A stretch of DNA of 64,000 nt from Paragordius varius (taxonomy: Eukaryota > Animalia > Nematomorpha): positions 4,526,001 to 4,590,000 of the forward strand of contig OZ176057.1 in assembly GCA_964247055.1 (NCBI GenBank), read 5' to 3'. Both the position numbers and the translations under genes were made by a program. Below, one piece after another: positions 1-25,490 of this stretch (positions are counted from its first letter, which is position 1; each line of letters opens with the position of its first letter). The notes under the pieces are model-generated. The model was not told where the DNA came from and did no database searches. It was given only the letters and a program-made list of their open reading frames with translations.

Positions 1-857
1 ATATAATGTTAAACAAACAATCAATTAACCATCAAATATTGATGATAAAACAATAAAAATCATAATTAAACACTAAAATTATATTAACTTAAATACAATT
101 GTTATATTTTTAATTTTAAAACGTTAGTTGTTTTTGCTTGAAAAAATGTTGCGTTTGCTTGAAAATTCTTGTTTCTGCATATATAGTTATGGGGTATAAA
201 ATGGGAAAATTATAATGAATTAAAAAAAACTATCAAAATAAATAATGAGTCATATTTATTTATTAACCAAAAAAGTAAAAAAGTTTAATTTTAAACGCTT
301 TAAAGAGAAAATATATATATTTAAACTCTAGGAATATGTTGAAAAACGTATAAAGATAAGTAAAAGTTAAAAATATGACAAATCTCGATATAATATTTCG
401 AGTGCCCCAAAATAAATTAAAAGATAAAAAAAGAAATTAATTTTAAAAGTGTTTTTAATAAGAACTCATAAAATTTATATGATGGTATGGTTAATATAAA
501 ATTGTAAATATTATAATTAAAAAAAATCATTTTTTAAATAGAGAACAAAAAAAAGTAATGCTTACACACAAGCTATCTTTAATTGAAAAATATATATATA
601 TGTAACTTATTTAACCGTTTAAAGTAGAAAATATTATAAAAATATATAAAAAAATAAATATTTTTCAAAAAGGCCAATCATACTTTAGACATCCTTTTCA
701 TTTAATTTTTCCGTAAAAAACTTATAAGATTATAATTTTTAAATAAGTTAGCTATATTATCTTTATAAGGTAACAATGTATGGCTGTCTTTTACAAATAA
801 AATATTTGTCTTTAAATTTTCAATTTTATATTAAACAAATTTGAAATGTAGTAATTT

Positions 858-1068
858 AAACCATATACACTTCAAATTCACCCTAAAATGAAATGTTTAA
901 AATAAAAAATTAATATTTTTTAATACTTTTAGGAAATGAATTTTTGTGTAAAATTTAAATAATACCGAAATAAACTATGCCATAAAGATATATAAGATAT
1001 TAATGATGAGTTATATTAGCCCTAAAATGCATAATTTATTTTAAAAGTTAATTGAATTGTAAATGGTA
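858..1068. mobile_element. MITE family C copy (short)
   Basis: Shares the TTCAAATTCACCC arm, the core TAAACTATGCCATAAAGATAT..AATGATGAGTTATATTAG and the GTAAATGGTA end. Confidence 0.7.
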
Positions 1069-1854
1069 CATATTATTTCCATTTTTTATCAAAAAAATCC
1101 AAAAATTGTAAAATAGTTAATTTGTTTTTATTGTCAAATTGTTTTTAAAATAATATTGAGGCAATCGATAATTTTAAAAAAGTGGTATCCAACACGTGAT
1201 CCTGCGATTTTATTTGCGACGCGCAAAAATTTTAAAATTCATAACTTGAAAAATTACTTACAAAATACTATTGATCGAAATTAATCTATCCAATAGGCAG
1301 AAATTAGAAAAAATACTATACTGTTGTGTTTACACTTTACAGACTTATGTTTGAAATCTAATAAATTATTATATTTCCCCGCCAGATTTTTTTGAAAATC
1401 TAAAATGCGGCTTGCAAAGCCATTTGTGTTGGACACCCCCCGTCTGGTTTAAAATAAAGGGGAAAAGTTGCTTTAATTTTAAATTTATACAACCACCGCC
1501 GAACCTAATAGAATATGATGTTGTGTTAATTTAAAAAAAAAATTCAAAAAAATTATTTTATAAAAATGTTAAATGTGAAAAATTTGGTTGATTATATTTA
1601 AACTTATTTTTTTTATCTAAAGTTCTAAGCAAAATAATTAAGACGCAATTGTTTAAAGTTCTTAAACTTTCAAACCTAAATTTTATACATATATATATAT
1701 ATATATATAACTATTTACAAAATTATAGCTTTCAAAAAAATAAAAAATGTTTTTTCTAAAAACCAAAAAAAAAACAAAATGAACCTTCAATATTATAGAA
1801 TAGGTGAAAAAAATATAAAATCTCTATATCTTCAAATATTTTATTAAATAATGA

Positions 1855-2140
1855 TTTCAACAATCAAAATATATTGCCCCATAACATTAAAAGTTTCCAA
1901 CAATCAAACATATATTTTCAACAATCCAATAATTTTTTCAACAATCAAAATATATTGCCCAATAGCATTTTAATTTCCAACAATCAAACATACATTTTCA
2001 ATAATCAAATAATTTTTTTAAAATATGTTCCCAAAAACTTGTTAGTGTTTCCAACAATCAAACATATATTTTCAATAATCAAATAATTTTTACAACAATC
2101 AAAATATGCCCAGTAACTTTTTAGTGTTTCCAACAATATA
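1855..2140. repeat. Minisatellite TTCCAACAATCAAA(A/C)ATATATT-like
   Basis: Repeated CAACAATCAAA motif; same family as 10030-10420, in reverse orientation. Confidence 0.75.
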
Positions 2141-2372
2141 AAAAATATATTTTTTAATTTTCAATTGAAATTTAATCTATATATATCCTTTAAATATTTT
2201 ATTCAATAATTTTTATATTATTTGAAAACAAAAAGAAAAAAACAAACCTTAATAAAATTAAAAAAAATATACAAAATTTAAGTAATAAAAATCCTTTTAA
2301 ATATAAAATCATCTGTAATATATCCTTTAAATATTTTATCTATTAAAATAAAAAAATATTTTTTTATTTTTA

Positions 2373-15975
<13,603 letters not shown>

Positions 15976-17068
15976 GTTGTAAACAGGTGATTCAATCTAA
16001 AAATGTTATCAAATGTTGAAATATAAATATAATATATAACCTAAAACAGTACAACACATTCATTTCAGTCCTTCGATTGAAATTGGGGTAGTTTAATACC
16101 CCAGTTTTGTTAAAACTAAATTCTCTAAAAAATATGGAAGGAATCGAGACCATCTCAAATTTTGCACTATATAACATTAATAAAGCGAAATATAAAAGAA
16201 TTTTATTTAATAGATATAACTAATTTTAAGCTAAAACCGAAAAGTAAAAATATAGTCAACGTGATGTATGGTAAAATTGGAAAACAATACAAAATAAACC
16301 GCTATTTCTATTTTATCAATGTTATATGTAATTTAAATAAAAAATTAACTTTAATTTTACCCTTAAATGTATTTGAAGACGATGGGTGGGGTGATAAAAA
16401 GTCGCACTTGACTTGTAAGCCAAGCGTGGCGAGTTGAGCCAGATTACTTAAGCCAGTAAGTGTACACTTCAAGATCGGTGATAAAAAAAACACTTAAGTC
16501 AAGTTTTTTGCTTATGAATGTAACTTTTTTTACCACCCAATTCAAATTATTCGGGGAATATTTTAAAATTTTACAACGAAAATTTATTGATTAAGGCAAC
16601 AAAGAATAGCCACCCAATACAATATGCATTTATTGAAGTAAAACTCAAAGTCAGGTATGTTAATATAATAAATATTTATATTTTTCAAATATTCAATCCT
16701 ATACCTATAGTTTTTAAGAAACATTTCGCCCTTCAAACACTCTTATATTTTTTTAGTACAAGTTTAACATAATACAGGTATAATACATATAGAATTTTAG
16801 ATTATATCTTAATTATTTATTTTAAGCAACATTAGTCTCACTAAATAACAATTGCGCTTAAAAAATTTAACAAAGGTATATTTGAGGGCAGGTGATATCT
16901 GTAAAAATACAATTTAAATTCAAGTAAATTATAATTATATAGATTGTTAAACGTTAATAAACGTATCTACTTTAATAGAACGCACCCTGAACAACTTTTG
17001 TCATTAATCCTGTATATCTATAAATTAAGGTTAATTTATTTTTAAAAATGCATATATAACCTTTTAGA

Positions 17069-18087
17069 TTATAAAAAATATCCTTCTATTTGTTATCTGA
17101 TTACAGAAATGTACATGAACCATTTCAAAAACAAATCGGAGCGCAAAAAATAGAGTTGCAACATATGGAACGTTTGTTAAGATTTAATGATAAAAGCATT
17201 GATTTTATAATTTCACAAATTTTCCCTAATGATATTATTGAAAAAAGAGGTGGCGCACTTTACCTTATATGTTGTGTCGAGATTTTCCACCGTTACATTA
17301 GCGACCCCGGGTTTCAGAGTGGTGTCGCTAATGATTTTGGTGTAGAACGATCAACCGTAACTAAAACAGTATCTAAAGTGGCGGAAAAAATTTGTGACAT
17401 TGCTCATAAATGGATCCGATTTGCATCTGACCAGTTCCGACTAGAAGACGCTAAACAACGTTGGCAGAAGAATCATAAGATGCCAACCGTTATTAGTGCC
17501 ATAGAGTGTACTCACGTCGACATCATGAGGCCTAAGGAATTTGGTGACGAATATATCAACCGAAAAGGCCGTTATAGCCTTAATTGTCAATTTACCTGTG
17601 ACGGTGATGAATTTATAACGAGTTTAAACGTTTAAATGCCGGGTAGGGTTCATGATAGCCGGATTTTCCGCAAAAGTATAAACGTTCCTTTTTAGCCAAT
17701 ACCAATGCGGCACTATTGGGTGACAGTGGGTATGGAATTACTCCATATATAATAACACCATTTAAAAACCCTAACAACCTTTTACAAACGAAGTTTAATA
17801 CATTCCATGCTAGAGAAAGAATAATTTAAAGGCTATTTGGTCAACTCAAACGCCGGTTTCCCATATTGCATAATAAAATGCGAGTCCATTTGGATACCGC
17901 AGTAAATATTATTGTAAGCTGCGCCGTTCTACATAACATGGCTAAATTTTTAAAGGATGATTTTGATATAGATGATGTGATATCAATTGATTTAGATAAT
18001 ATAAATAACGATGATGATTGTGAAGATGAAGACAATATGCAGAGTGCTTTGAGACGAAAGAATCTTAGGTCAACAAAAAAGAGATAA
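17069..18087 (+). pseudogene. Harbinger (HARBI1-like) DDE transposase pseudogene
   Basis: Motifs FGVERSTV, ISAIECTHV (IDxTH with D>E), YINRKGRYSLNCQFTCD, PGRVHDSRIF, LLGDSGY, FGQLKRRF, SCAVLHN. In-frame stops at ~17633 and ~17827, plus a frameshift near 17700. Confidence 0.92.
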
Positions 18088-18419
18088 CATTGTAAATGTA
18101 TTAAAAGCATTATTATTATAAATATATTCGCTACAAATAATGATTCGTATGGATTATATATATATATTAATGACATTTTAATATTGGATTGCATTTTGAA
18201 AAGATATAATAAATTTATTTCATGAATTAAAATTATTGAGTTTATGTTTCTCTGGTAGTAAACCTCTTTCTGAAGCAATAATACTTCATGAAGCTCCAAC
18301 ACTTTAAATTGCATATTGGTTATAGTGTTTTGGGACACCTTTTCTGATTCTTTATATATTTTTTTATTTGTAGTTGGTTTCGGCACGGATATACCTATAA
18401 TATAAATTAAAATTGACAT

Positions 18420-19100
18420 TTTTTATTACGTCTCTACCTTTAATATCGAGATTAAAAAAATAAGAGTTACAATTGTAGTATATATGTATAAATATTTGAA
18501 TTATGACTTACAAAGAATATCATCGGCAATCGTTACGATACCACATTCTTTACCACCAGGAACATTAATATGCACTGGATTATGTTCGTAATCCATAATA
18601 TCCAACATAACCTTCTCATGGGGTAATAACACATTTTTTTATTACTTATGTAAATGGGTAGATAAGGATTTCAACTAAAAATAATATTAACTGAGACTTA
18701 GGTGTTTTGATATTTTTTGTGAATGAAATCATGTTTTGTGATGTTAAAAAATTCGAACATTCTTGCTAATTATTATTAACTTTGTATTAAAAATACCCCT
18801 TAGCATATTTCCTAAGTCATAAAAAATAATGGGCATAGTGAAATTGCCTTGATTATAATAAAAAAGGGTAAGCCCGTTATAAATAATACCTGTTTGACGA
18901 ATATCCTTCTTCTTAAGAGTTGTTTTGATATCTTGCGACATTTTTTTCAATTGGGATATATCAATATCTTCCCCAGTGTCCATCACGAATTCCTGGTGTA
19001 TGTCTCTCCATACTGCTTCACGTTTTGCTACTGATTTTGGGAGGAGCCCTTTTGCAAATACAATGGGATAAAACGAGTTGAAATATATAATAAATACTTA
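18420..19100 (-). pseudogene. Harbinger ORF2 Myb/SANT-like DNA-binding protein relic
   Basis: Minus-strand KSVAKREAVWRDIHQEFVMDTGEDIDISQLKKMSQDIKTTLKKK fits a Myb/SANT (trihelix) pattern. It is convergent with the transposase inside the TIRs. Boundaries are approximate. Confidence 0.75.
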
Positions 19101-19993
19101 TATAATATTAAAATTAACTTTTACGATTAGCGGTTAGTAATTGATTTATTTTAACATCAGATGTGTTATCGATTACTAATAAAAATAAATATATTTATAA
19201 TGACATGTCTATTACAACATGTATTTTGCTAGGACTTCATTTGTTAATTTTTATTGCTAAAAGTAAAAATTGATAATAATGTAATCTTTTTCTTGTCTTT
19301 TTTTATGAAACCAAAAAACTTTACTCAGAGTGCGATTAATTTCTATTAAATAAATATTAAATATAAACTTGTGATTTTGCATATGTTTATTTTGAGAGTT
19401 AATGAAAACTATAATAAAATTCTTTAGTTTAATATTTATACACATTTTATACAGTGTTTCCAAACTTTCATTCTCTTCTGTATCCACCCACTTTGAATAG
19501 GTAAAATTAGCCAAAATTAGCAAATAAACAGACCAAAGGTTCCAATTACATATTAAACCTAAATTATATACATAAAAAGTTACTAAAATATTTTTTTCTC
19601 ATATTTTTGTATATTATGTCAAGTGTGCCCTATACCACACTTGCAATTTCTTCAAGTTTTTCTTAATCATATGATTTTTCATCACCTTCTGTTCAAGTTT
19701 TCTTGCTTGACTTAAGTGCCCTAATGTTAATTTTTTTTATCACATGAAAGCAAGCCGACTTGAAAAACTTGTAAGCCAAGTCAAAAAAATTTTTTTATCA
19801 CCCCACCCGATATTTTGAAAAGATTTTGTAAAATAAATATGGCGTCGAAGTTTGACATGGAACCATTTTTTCAAAACAAAATTTTAAGTAGATATTATGG
19901 CATATTTATATATTTTTTATTAGGATAGAAGCATTAATTTAAATTAGGACCGTTTCCTTCAGTAGTTTTTTAAAAAATCCAAACTCAAATTTA

Positions 19994-22652
19994 GGGTGGT
20001 GATAAAAAAGTCGCACTTGACTTGTAAGCCAAGCGTGGCAAGTTAAGCAAGTTTACTTAAGCCAACAAGTGTTCGCTTGAAGATCGGTGATAAAAAAACA
20101 CTTAAGACAAGTTTGTTTATGAATGTAACTGTTTTTTGCCACCCAATTCTAATTTTCCGGAAATTATTTTGATCATTTTCACCCAAAATTTATGAAATAA
20201 GGCACAAAAAGATAAACATTCAAAATATGCATTTGTTGAAGTTTTTGAAGTTCACTGGCACGTATCTATCTAATATTATAGATTTTTCGAAATATTGACC
20301 CGGTAATAATTTTAAGTTGATGAAACCATTCGCCATTAATTATCTATTTATTTTGTTCGCATTTGCAAATATAATGGGAAGATGTTTTTACAACATATTT
20401 TTATTTTTAATTTATTATCAACATTACATTCGAAATAAATATATAATGAAATAAATTCTCTACATTAGTTAATAGGGAAGTAACCTTCAGTGTTTATTAA
20501 CACTTGGATACAACACATTTTAGTCCTTCGATTCAAATTGGGGTAGTTGGATACCCCAGGCCTCTTTAAAATTAAATTCTTTAAAAAATATAAAGGAATC
20601 GAAACCATGGCAAAATCATGCTTTTATCTAACATTAATAAACCGAAATATATAAAAAGTTTATTCAAAAATACTTGATATTACTTATTTTAAGCTAAAAC
20701 CGAAAGGTAAAAATTTCGTCATCGTGACATGTGTCAAATTGTAAAATTGAAAAATTATACAAACTAAACCGCTTTTTCTATTTCTATCAATGATAGATGT
20801 AATTTATATAAAAATTAGCTTTAGTTATACCCTTAAAATTAAATAAAGACGATATTTTGCAAAAATTTTGTAAGATAAAAATGGCGCCGAAATAGTTTGA
20901 GATAGAGCTTTTTTTTCAAAACAAAATTTTATCAAGATATTTTGTCATATTTATATAATATCAGGATAGAAGCATAAATTTAAATTGGGACCGTTTCCTT
21001 CAGTAGTTTTTTAAAAATATTAATTTAAATTTAGTTTGGGGTATTTGGATACCCCAATTTGAATTGAAGTGTTAAACAGAGATTTGAAAAAGATTAATAC
21101 TATATTAATAACACTGGACAACAAATTTTTCTGCCACTCGAGTTTTTTGAATTTTCTGATATTTAGTATCATTTTAACAGTAAATCTGAAATAAAAATTA
21201 TAACTCGTTGGAAGAATTTTGTATAATTTGATCTTTTTTGATTATGCGCCCTCTTTATCAAAATTTTACTAAAAAAAATTTTTTTTTGAAAATATACAAG
21301 TAATGCCCATTTGTAATATATCATTCGAAAGAGTAATAAAAACTCTATAAAATGCATACTAATATGTATTACATCGACTGTTAATATTGGACACAAAGAG
21401 CGACAAACGCGCGAAGCGAGAGCATTTTTTTAAATTATTATATTTTTAAAAGTAATGGATGAAAATAGCTTTGTTTAGATGGTGATGAATGTCCAAAAAA
21501 GATAACACAAGAAAGTTTTTTTGATTAAAACTTTTATTGCTTTTATGTCACTCAAAACAACCATTTTTAAGTTTTTTGTTTTTTAAAAATTAACATCTCA
21601 TCAATATTAATTTATTTTCTTTATAAGGCTGATAATTTTGAAATTTTAAAGATAAAAACAAAGTTTAAGTTTTTGATCTTTTATAGCCATTATGTAATAA
21701 ATTTACAGTTATAACTATGCATTTTAGTATCCACTAGGTAAAATATTTATAATAATAATAATTTTTATTAAAAAAGCAAACCAAAAGCTTTTTCAAACAT
21801 TTTTTTAAAATTAAATATTAATATAACCCTAATAATTATATTAAAATAATTTATATGATTTTTAAATTAGTATGTCTGTGAAAATTCCTGACTTATTTAA
21901 GGATTGAAAATTTCGACCATTTAAATCCAAATAACTTTTACATCCGATTGATTTAAATGACTTACTACCATTTAAAAGATGCAATTTTTTGCGCTCTTTC
22001 GAATGATATAAAATACATGGCTTCGTATCTAAAACTTTTAATTTTCGAAATTTCGAGTTTAATGTTAAATCGGGGCCAAAAATTATCGATAAACTCTAAT
22101 ATAAAAAAATCCTTCCATGCTAGATCAATTTTCTTTTTAGATATACTAATTATGTACATTAATGAAATAAATTAAATTTACAAGAATGGCAGTTAAAAAA
22201 AGTTAAAATTTGTTGTCTAGTGTAATTTAAAGAAATTTTCGAAAAAAAAAATTTTTTGCAGGTTCACGGAACTGATATATTTACATTTTTATATTCATTG
22301 TTCTTAATTTCTAACAATTTATCCTCTTTTGTATCGACCCAATTTGAATAAGTTAACTAGTCAAAATTTATCAAATAAACAATATATCATTAACAAAGGT
22401 TTTAATTACTTATAAAGCCTAAATTACATGCATAAATAGTTTTCAAAATAATTTTATCCATATTTTAAAATCTGTCAAGGTGCCCTACACCTAACTTCCA
22501 AAATCTATAAGTTTTACTTGATCATATTTCAAATCAAGTTATCTTGCTTGACTTAAGTCGTCTAATGTTAAATTTTTTTTATCAAATGAAAGCAAGCCAT
22601 GACTCGAAAAACTTGCAAGTCAAATCAAATATTTTTTTTTATCACCCCACCC
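19994..22652 (+). mobile_element. Non-autonomous Harbinger MITE carrying nested insertions
   Basis: Left end GGGTGGTGATAAAAAAGTCGCAC and right end TTTTATCACCCCACCC. The arms match the reverse complement of the intact copy at 56545-57578. Interrupted by the piggyBac-type MITE at 20501-21071 and ~1 kb of other DNA. Confidence 0.8.
20501..21071 (+). mobile_element. piggyBac-type MITE (TTAA TSD)
   Basis: TTAA|CACTTGGATA...TTGAAGTG|TTAA, with subterminal inverted repeats GGGGTA..GGATACCCC at both ends. Confidence 0.85.
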
Positions 22653-23072
22653 ATGATATATTGTATAAACATCTTTCCATTATATTTGCAAATGGCCTCC
22701 AAACAAAATGAGTAGTGTGGTAAAATTATGAGTGTTTTAAGGGGGAATGGTTTCCTCAATCTAAAAATTATTACCAGGCTCAATATTTGAAAACTCTAAT
22801 GTTAAGTAAGATAGATGCCAGTGAGTTTGAAAAACTTCAATTGTATTAATTGTATATCTTTTTGTGCTTTACTTTATAAATTTTGGCTGAAAATGATCAA
22901 AATAATTTCCGTAAAATTCGAATTGGGTGGCAAAAAAATGTTTATAAGCAAAAGACTGACTTAAGTGTTTTTTTATCACCGATCTTCAAGTGTACACTTG
23001 CTGGCTTAAGTAAATTGCTCAACTTGCCACGCTTGACTTACAAGTCAAGTGCGACTTTTTTTATCACCCCAC
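22653..23072 (-). mobile_element. Half copy (left arm) of the Harbinger MITE, inverted
   Basis: Colinear with ~57135-57578, ending in TTTTATCACCCCAC. Confidence 0.8.
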
Positions 23073-24803
23073 ATTTAAATATTCGCATTTACGGGGCAAA
23101 AATCAAAAAGTTATAAATTATAAAAAATTTATCAAGTTTTTCAGTTAGGAATATAGATTTATAAACATTCTAGTACAAGGTTAGCAAGGGGGTTAATTTG
23201 AATTTTGCGCGGTCATAGCATTACCGTATCATAATGCGGCCAGTCACAACAAATAAAGAAATAGCGGGCAAATTTCCATTATTTGATTGTATGAATTTGG
23301 AAAGTGTAGCATTAGTATATTTAGCCATATTGCTGCTCTATATTTAAATAATTCATAAAATATGAATAACTTCAAAGCTCACTTATGCACCTAATTTTAT
23401 AATTAAGTGATAAATATATATTTTATTGCAGGAAAACTAGTAAAATGCCAAAAATTAACCAAAAACCCACAATAAAACATTAAACACTGTCCTCAAAAAA
23501 ATAAGCTGATCAAAAATATACTGATCGGAAAATAAACAGGATTATCTTTTGGTTTTGACCAAGTGATTTAAAGTAATAAAAATTTTTGTGGTAAGTGCTC
23601 CACATCTGAAAATGGCAAATTTGGGCACATTTTATTAAATAATTTTTTTGTGATAGCAAGAGTCATTAAAAATATCACTAAAATATTTTATAAATAAAAA
23701 AACAAAATATTATTTAAAAAATATTTTGAATTTTAGATATGGGCGAAAATCCCAAATTTAGCTCTTCTATAATGGGCAACTACTTACATAATTTAAAATC
23801 CTGCGCAAAAAATATATTTTAAATTTTGATATAAAAAATGCATATTTACAAATATTGTTAAAGCTTATTCACACTTTTTTGAATGATAGAAATGGTATAA
23901 AACTTTAAGACAGGCATGTGACCGCGAAATTTTTAAATATAACCGCCTGAAAATTTTTATGTTAAATAGAATTCGCTTCAAATTTGATATCGAACTTTTG
24001 TTAACACAATTATTTTTTGTGGTTTTATTAGGGTAGTTTTTAGTTAAAATTTAATTATCAAACATTGTTCTCATGTATTAGATATATGAATTTTACAATT
24101 TTCCGACTTATAGAGTCTAAAATTAGACCTCCTTCAGCACACGATTGAAACGAACAGTTTATATTGAAATCAAAATATATCAAATATTGCTGGGTAAAAT
24201 GTAGCGTCAAAGCTTTTTAGAGTAAATTATTTACATTTTCCAACCATAATATACAATTATTTGCCTGTTGTAGCGATTTAAAAAAATTAAAAATAACTCC
24301 AAAAAGTTTGATATAAAGTTTAACAATTTTTTATTTTTTAAATTTTTGTATAATTTTCCTTAAACACTAAAGTGCGCATATTTTTGAATTCGGATTACCT
24401 TAAATACTTTTAATGATATTCAGATTTGAAATTCTCTTAAATATTAAACCCCCAAAGGTAATTGAATGTTAACATATTTGGCTCATTTATATAATTTTTA
24501 TTAGGATATAATTTTAGTTTTAAAAACTGTTTCTATTGATATTTAAACTGTCTCCAGATACACCAATTTGAATCAAGGCTTTACCAAAACAACCTTATTG
24601 CTATGCAAAAATATGGGTATTAGATATTTTAAAGAATTATATAGTTATACTTTAAATAAGATTTTTGTTAGAATTTTAAATTTTCCCAAAAAATACTAAT
24701 ATTAATTTTCATTAAATAATATTTTTATCAGAGTATGATTTAAATTTTATACAGTGATTACAGATGTTGCATATTAAATGGGATGGTTGCTGGATGACTT
24801 TAA

Positions 24804-25385
24804 CACTTCGATTCAAATTGGGGTATCTAAATACCCCAGACTAAATTTAAATTAAAATTTTTAAAAAACTACTGAAGGAAACGGTCATAATTTAAATTTA
24901 TGCTTCTATCCTGATAAATATTATATAAATATGCCAAAATATCTTGATAAAATTTTGATTTGAAAAAAAAGTTCCATCTCAAACTACCTCGCCGCCATTT
25001 TTATTTTACAAAATTTTTGCAAAATATCGTCTTCAGTTAATTTTAAGGGTAAAACTAAAGCTATATTTTTATATAAATTACATCTAACATTGATAGAAAT
25101 AGGAAAAGCGGTTTATTTTGTATTATATTTTAATTTTACAATTTGACACATGCCACGTTGACGAAATTTTTACCTTTCGGTTTTAGCTTAAAATAAGTAA
25201 TATTAAGTATTTTTGAATAAATATTTTTATATATTTCGGTTTATTAATGTTATATAAGTGCAAAATTTTGCCATGGTTTCGATTGCTTCCATACTTTTAA
25301 AAATATTTGATTTTAAACAGGCCTGGGGTATCCAACTACCCCAATTTGAATCGAAGGACTAAAATGAATGTGTTGTATCCAAGTG
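24804..25385 (-). mobile_element. piggyBac-type MITE (TTAA TSD)
   Basis: TTAA|CACTTCGATTC...ATCCAAGTG|TTAA; reverse complement of the 20501-21071 copy. Confidence 0.87.
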
Positions 25386-25490
25386 TTAAAAGTACCTGGT
25401 TTGCAGACTGAAACTGTCAAGTTGGTTTGAAGTTGTTTTAACCCTAATATTAATACTGAAACATCGATACTTTTAATATTTAAAATCCCG

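Larger units (their letters stand above)
16384..19808 (+). mobile_element. PIF/Harbinger DNA transposon, full-length two-ORF architecture but decayed
   Basis: TIRs GGGTGGGGTGATAAAAA (16384) and TTTTTATCACCCCACCC (ends 19808), with 3-bp TSD GAT on both sides. Contains convergent transposase and Myb/SANT ORF relics. Confidence 0.93.
16048..19993 (+). mobile_element. piggyBac-type MITE copy split by the Harbinger insertion (16048-16383 and 19809-19993), right end missing
   Basis: Both flanks align with the intact copy at 20501-21071. The empty site there reads AAAGAC-GAT-ATTTTG at 20851. Confidence 0.8.

Noticed and set aside
1180-1505. GC-richer patch as the missing ATP5F1A exon 11
   Set aside because: No frame gives the expected KLELAQYREV or FAQFGSDLD. 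It looks instead like a decayed hAT-type MITE (GTGGTATCCAACAC..GTGTTGGACACCCC), too eroded to call.
1874-2086. 70-aa Asn/Gln-rich ORF
   Set aside because: Translation of a minisatellite.
17841-18419. 192-aa minus-strand ORF
   Set aside because: Largely antisense to the Harbinger transposase end, and the rest is low-complexity. No independent support.
21390-22140. Insert beginning GAGCGACAAACGCGCGAAGCGAG inside the Harbinger MITE
   Set aside because: Probably another non-autonomous element, but I could not define its ends, TSD or a second copy.
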